This document shows, piece after piece, positions 44,817 to 47,617 of a stretch of 47,617 nucleotides of DNA (position 1 is its first letter; every line of letters starts with the position of its first letter). The notes under the pieces are model-generated. The model had not been told where the DNA came from and ran no database searches. It saw nothing but the letters and a program-made list of their open reading frames with translations. The stretch spans positions 1,364,001 to 1,411,617 of the forward strand of contig OZ237742.1 of NCBI GenBank assembly GCA_965178125.1, written 5' to 3'. Made by a program: the position numbers and the translations under genes. Source of the DNA: Bilabrum cf. latius (Eukaryota).

Positions 44817-45764
44817 ATGTCAGACCATGCATCACCGTGGGCATTGCTTGGATTGAAGCCTGTAGACTTCGCAACGGAAAGTCTCGCAATCCGCCGAGGC
44901 TTGTGTATCGCAGCTTGCGGCATATCGGTTGAAACCGTGCGGTGCATCTTTTAGGATGGTGCCTATGTATCTGCGCGATAGCGTACATCACTTCATAGTG
45001 TAATGCAGCGTATTTGTGCGACAGATGACGGCAAAGTGCTGCGTGTCGACCCAAGCTTCTTGCTTGCGGAAACAGGCCAAAGACACTTGCGTTATGCTAT
45101 CAATAGTATTAAAGAGAAGTCTGACGACGCAATCAGACGTGCCATGATGAAACTGGCTCCACAGAATGGGTTGGCGTTGCATGGAACCGGCAAGCACGCA
45201 CCAAGCTCGTCGAAGCACGTCGAAAAGATGGCATGTGCTACTGCAGCTGAAGACGACACTGCAAATACTCAAAAGGGCTCATGCCTGAGATCATCTGCCT
45301 CTGGGTGTGCAAGATCGGAATCGAAAGGCAATGTTGGCTCAGGCTCCAGCCAGTAGCACCGGCGTGCACGGCGGGGCTAGTCCAAGGTCCACGGCCAGAA
45401 GATGCCGACTCAAGCCCAAGTATACTCGTGGCAAGAGGCAGTACTGCATCTGCGAACGCTCTGTGACGCATGCGAGCAGAAGGCTCACCTGACCGGAGCG
45501 GAAGCTCGCAGCTTGGTCAGATTGGCTAGCAGCAGCATCGAACCAGCTCTCGGGCGTCTAATGCAACTGGCGCGCGCAGACAAGTCTAAGAGGTCTGTGC
45601 CACTTAAGCGGACTGCTACAGCGAGAACGAGCCTATCGCGTACACCCGTCGAGTTGCCCAAAAGGAGGAGAGGGGAGAAAAGGAAATTGCTCGCTGGGGA
45701 TGCGACGCCATCGAAAAGGTGTAGGAGCATCCCTGGTGCAGTTTCGTTTCTTTCAGGGAAGTAA
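44817..45764 (+). CDS. Hypothetical basic protein of cassette D (315 aa), divergent from the giant ORF
   Basis: ORFs 44580..44954, 45003..45356 and 45402..45764 share one frame, linked by four TAGs. Likely start MSDHASPW; ends TAA. NLS-like PKRRRGEKRK near the C-terminus. Confidence 0.65.
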
Positions 45765-45859
45765 ATACTAGGTCAATACAGGTGGGCACTCGCCATCTCA
45801 CTTCTATATCCACCCAACACTCCCCCCTCCTAACTTCCAGCCAAATTGGCACCACGGCG

Positions 45860-46095
45860 CCATCCATCGCCCGCACAAACAACCTCCTTGCCCCGGCACA
45901 GCCACCATGGCCCCCATCCATCGCCCGCACACCCACCCTCCTTGCCCCGGCACAGCCACCATGGCCCCCATCCATCGCCCGCACACCCAACCTCCTTGCC
46001 CCGGCACAGCCACCATGGCCCCCATCCATCGCCCGCACACCCACCCTCCTTGCCCCGGCACAGCCACCATGGCCCCCATCCATCGCCCGAACACC
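45860..46095. repeat. 54-bp telomere-adjacent satellite, ~4.3 copies, related to the 53-bp satellite at 24705
   Basis: ccatccatcgcccg starts at 45860, 45914, 45968, 46022 and 46076. Confidence 0.92.
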
Positions 46096-47300
46096 TTAGG
46101 TTAGGGTTAGGGTTAGGGTTAGGGTTAGGGTTAGGGTTAGGGTTAGGGTTAGGGTTAGGGTTAGGGTTAGGGTTAGGGTTAGGGTTAGGGTTAGGGTTAG
46201 GGTTAGGGTTAGGGTTAGGGTTAGGGTTAGGGTTAGGGTTAGGGTTAGGGTTAGGGTTAGGGTTAGGGTTAGGGTTAGGGTTAGGGTTAGGGTTAGGGTT
46301 AGGGTTAGGGTTAGGGTTAGGGTTAGGGTTAGGGTTAGGGTTAGGGTTAGGGTTAGGGTTAGGGTTAGGGTTAGGGTTAGGGTTAGGGTTAGGGTTAGGG
46401 TTAGGGTTAGGGTTAGGGTTAGGGTTAGGGTTAGGGTTAGGGTTAGGGTTAGGGTTAGGGTTAGGGTTAGGGTTAGGGTTAGGGTTAGGGTTAGGGTTAG
46501 GGTTAGGGTTAGGGTTAGGGTTAGGGTTAGGGTTAGGGTTAGGGTTAGGGTTAGGGTTAGGGTTAGGGTTAGGGTTAGGGTTAGGGTTAGGGTTAGGGTT
46601 AGGGTTAGGGTTAGGGTTAGGGTTAGGGTTAGGGTTAGGGTTAGGGTTAGGGTTAGGGTTAGGGTTAGGGTTAGGGTTAGGGTTAGGGTTAGGGTTAGGG
46701 TTAGGGTTAGGGTTAGGGTTAGGGTTAGGGTTAGGGTTAGGGTTAGGGTTAGGGTTAGGGTTAGGGTTAGGGTTAGGGTTAGGGTTAGGGTTAGGGTTAG
46801 GGTTAGGGTTAGGGTTAGGGTTAGGGTTAGGGTTAGGGTTAGGGTTAGGGTTAGGGTTAGGGTTAGGGTTAGGGTTAGGGTTAGGGTTAGGGTTAGGGTT
46901 AGGGTTAGGGTTAGGGTTAGGGTTAGGGTTAGGGTTAGGGTTAGGGTTAGGGTTAGGGTTAGGGTTAGGGTTAGGGTTAGGGTTAGGGTTAGGGTTAGGG
47001 TTAGGGTTAGGGTTAGGGTTAGGGTTAGGGTTAGGGTTAGGGTTAGGGTTAGGGTTAGGGTTAGGGTTAGGGTTAGGGTTAGGGTTAGGGTTAGGGTTAG
47101 GGTTAGGGTTAGGGTTAGGGTTAGGGTTAGGGTTAGGGTTAGGGTTAGGGTTAGGGTTAGGGTTAGGGTTAGGGTTAGGGTTAGGGTTAGGGTTAGGGTT
47201 AGGGTTAGGGTTAGGGTTAGGGTTAGGGTTAGGGTTAGGGTTAGGGTTAGGGTTAGGGTTAGGGTTAGGGTTAGGGTTAGGGTTAGGGTTAGGTTAGGGT
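46096..47300 (+). repeat. (TTAGGG)n array T6, ~200 units; probable true terminal telomere
   Basis: Longest array, G-rich strand running 5'->3' toward the window end, followed only by bacterial sequence. Confidence 0.97.
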
Positions 47301-47617
47301 TCGGCACCGTGCAGGTGGACGAGGCGTTGCTTGGGGGTGAGGTTCGCCCGGCCCTGCTCAAGCAGGCCTATGTCCGGATTCATGCGAACAAGCGCCAGGG
47401 GACGTCCAAGACCAAGGCCCGCGGTGAGGTCGAGGGTTCGACCCGCAAGCTTTACAAGCAGAAGGGCACGGGCAACGCGCGGCGTGGCTCGATTCGGGCC
47501 AACATCCTTCGCGGCGGTGGTCATGCCAAGGCTAAGCGTCCCAAGAGCTGGCGTCAGGGGATGCCGGTGAAGATGCGTCGCCTGGCCAATCGGAATGCGA
47601 TTCTTGCCAAGGCGGTG
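47300..47617 (+). CDS. rplD: Internal fragment of bacterial 50S ribosomal protein L4 (probable chimeric/contaminant sequence)
   Basis: The frame from 47300 reads FGTVQVDEALLGGEVRPALLKQAYVRIHANKRQGTSKTKARGEVEGSTRKLYKQKGTGNARRGSIRANILRGGG..., containing the L4 signature RQGT..TK.R.EV.G..RK...QKGTG.AR.G. It has no start codon, so it is absent from the ORF track. Confidence 0.92.

Larger units (their letters stand above)
36073..46095. mobile_element. Telomere-embedded cassette D (10.0 kb), long relative of cassette A carrying two genes
   Basis: Same left junction (GGGTT|ACAGTACCATCC) and homologous first ~1.45 kb as A. Ends in a 54-bp satellite truncated by TTAGGG. Mobility is inferred. Confidence 0.65.

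Noticed and set aside
1001-45764. Ciliate-type code (UAA and UAG both Gln) or all-stops-reassigned code
   Set aside because: No in-frame TAA or TGA was found. TAA terminates S11 at its conserved C-terminus, and TGA terminates most genes.
36073-46095. Cassette D as a classical telomeric non-LTR or Penelope-like retrotransposon, or a Y'-type helicase element
   Set aside because: No RT, endonuclease or helicase motifs and no poly(A) tail are recognisable by eye. A remote-homology search could still overturn this.
24705-46095. CRISPR-like repeat-spacer arrays (53-, 54-, 84-, 155- and ~315-bp repeats)
   Set aside because: The units are contiguous tandem repeats without unique spacers, there are no cas genes, and the context is eukaryotic.
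26644-47361. Long ORFs of (GL)n, (NP)n, (VR)n and (LT)n
   Set aside because: They are translations of TTAGGG arrays, not genes.
47300-47617. Horizontal transfer of rplD into the chromosome
   Set aside because: It is a start-less fragment distal to the longest telomere array at the window end; a chimera is more parsimonious.

Overview
GC-rich eukaryotic (protist) chromosome end. A stramenopile origin is inferred from the mitochondrion-targeted phosphoglycerate mutase and the gene content; it cannot be proven here. Bases 1-24.6 kb hold about 12 compact genes with short GT-AG introns, mostly in head-to-head pairs: a possible TTLL, an SLC25A44-type carrier, a dPGM, a JmjC protein, Ctf4/WDHD1, an RGG-rich protein, EHD, mitochondrial-type S11, Tctex-1, a CCT-domain protein and hypotheticals. 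Main result: most of these genes carry in-frame TAG codons, some at conserved Gln/Glu positions, while every gene end I could place is TGA or TAA. This indicates a nuclear code in which UAG alone is a sense codon, most likely Gln. Bases 24.7-47.3 kb are six same-orientation (TTAGGG)n arrays separated by five cassettes: A1 and A2 (1.65/1.63 kb), B (4.6 kb), C (0.74 kb satellite) and D (10 kb, sharing its left ~1.45 kb with A). With UAG=Gln, D encodes a hidden ~2,170-aa protein plus a divergent 315-aa protein, and B encodes a ~570-aa protein. I see no reverse transcriptase, helicase or transposase motif in them. The last 318 bp are a bacterial rplD fragment fused to the terminal telomere array, most likely a chimeric-read artefact.
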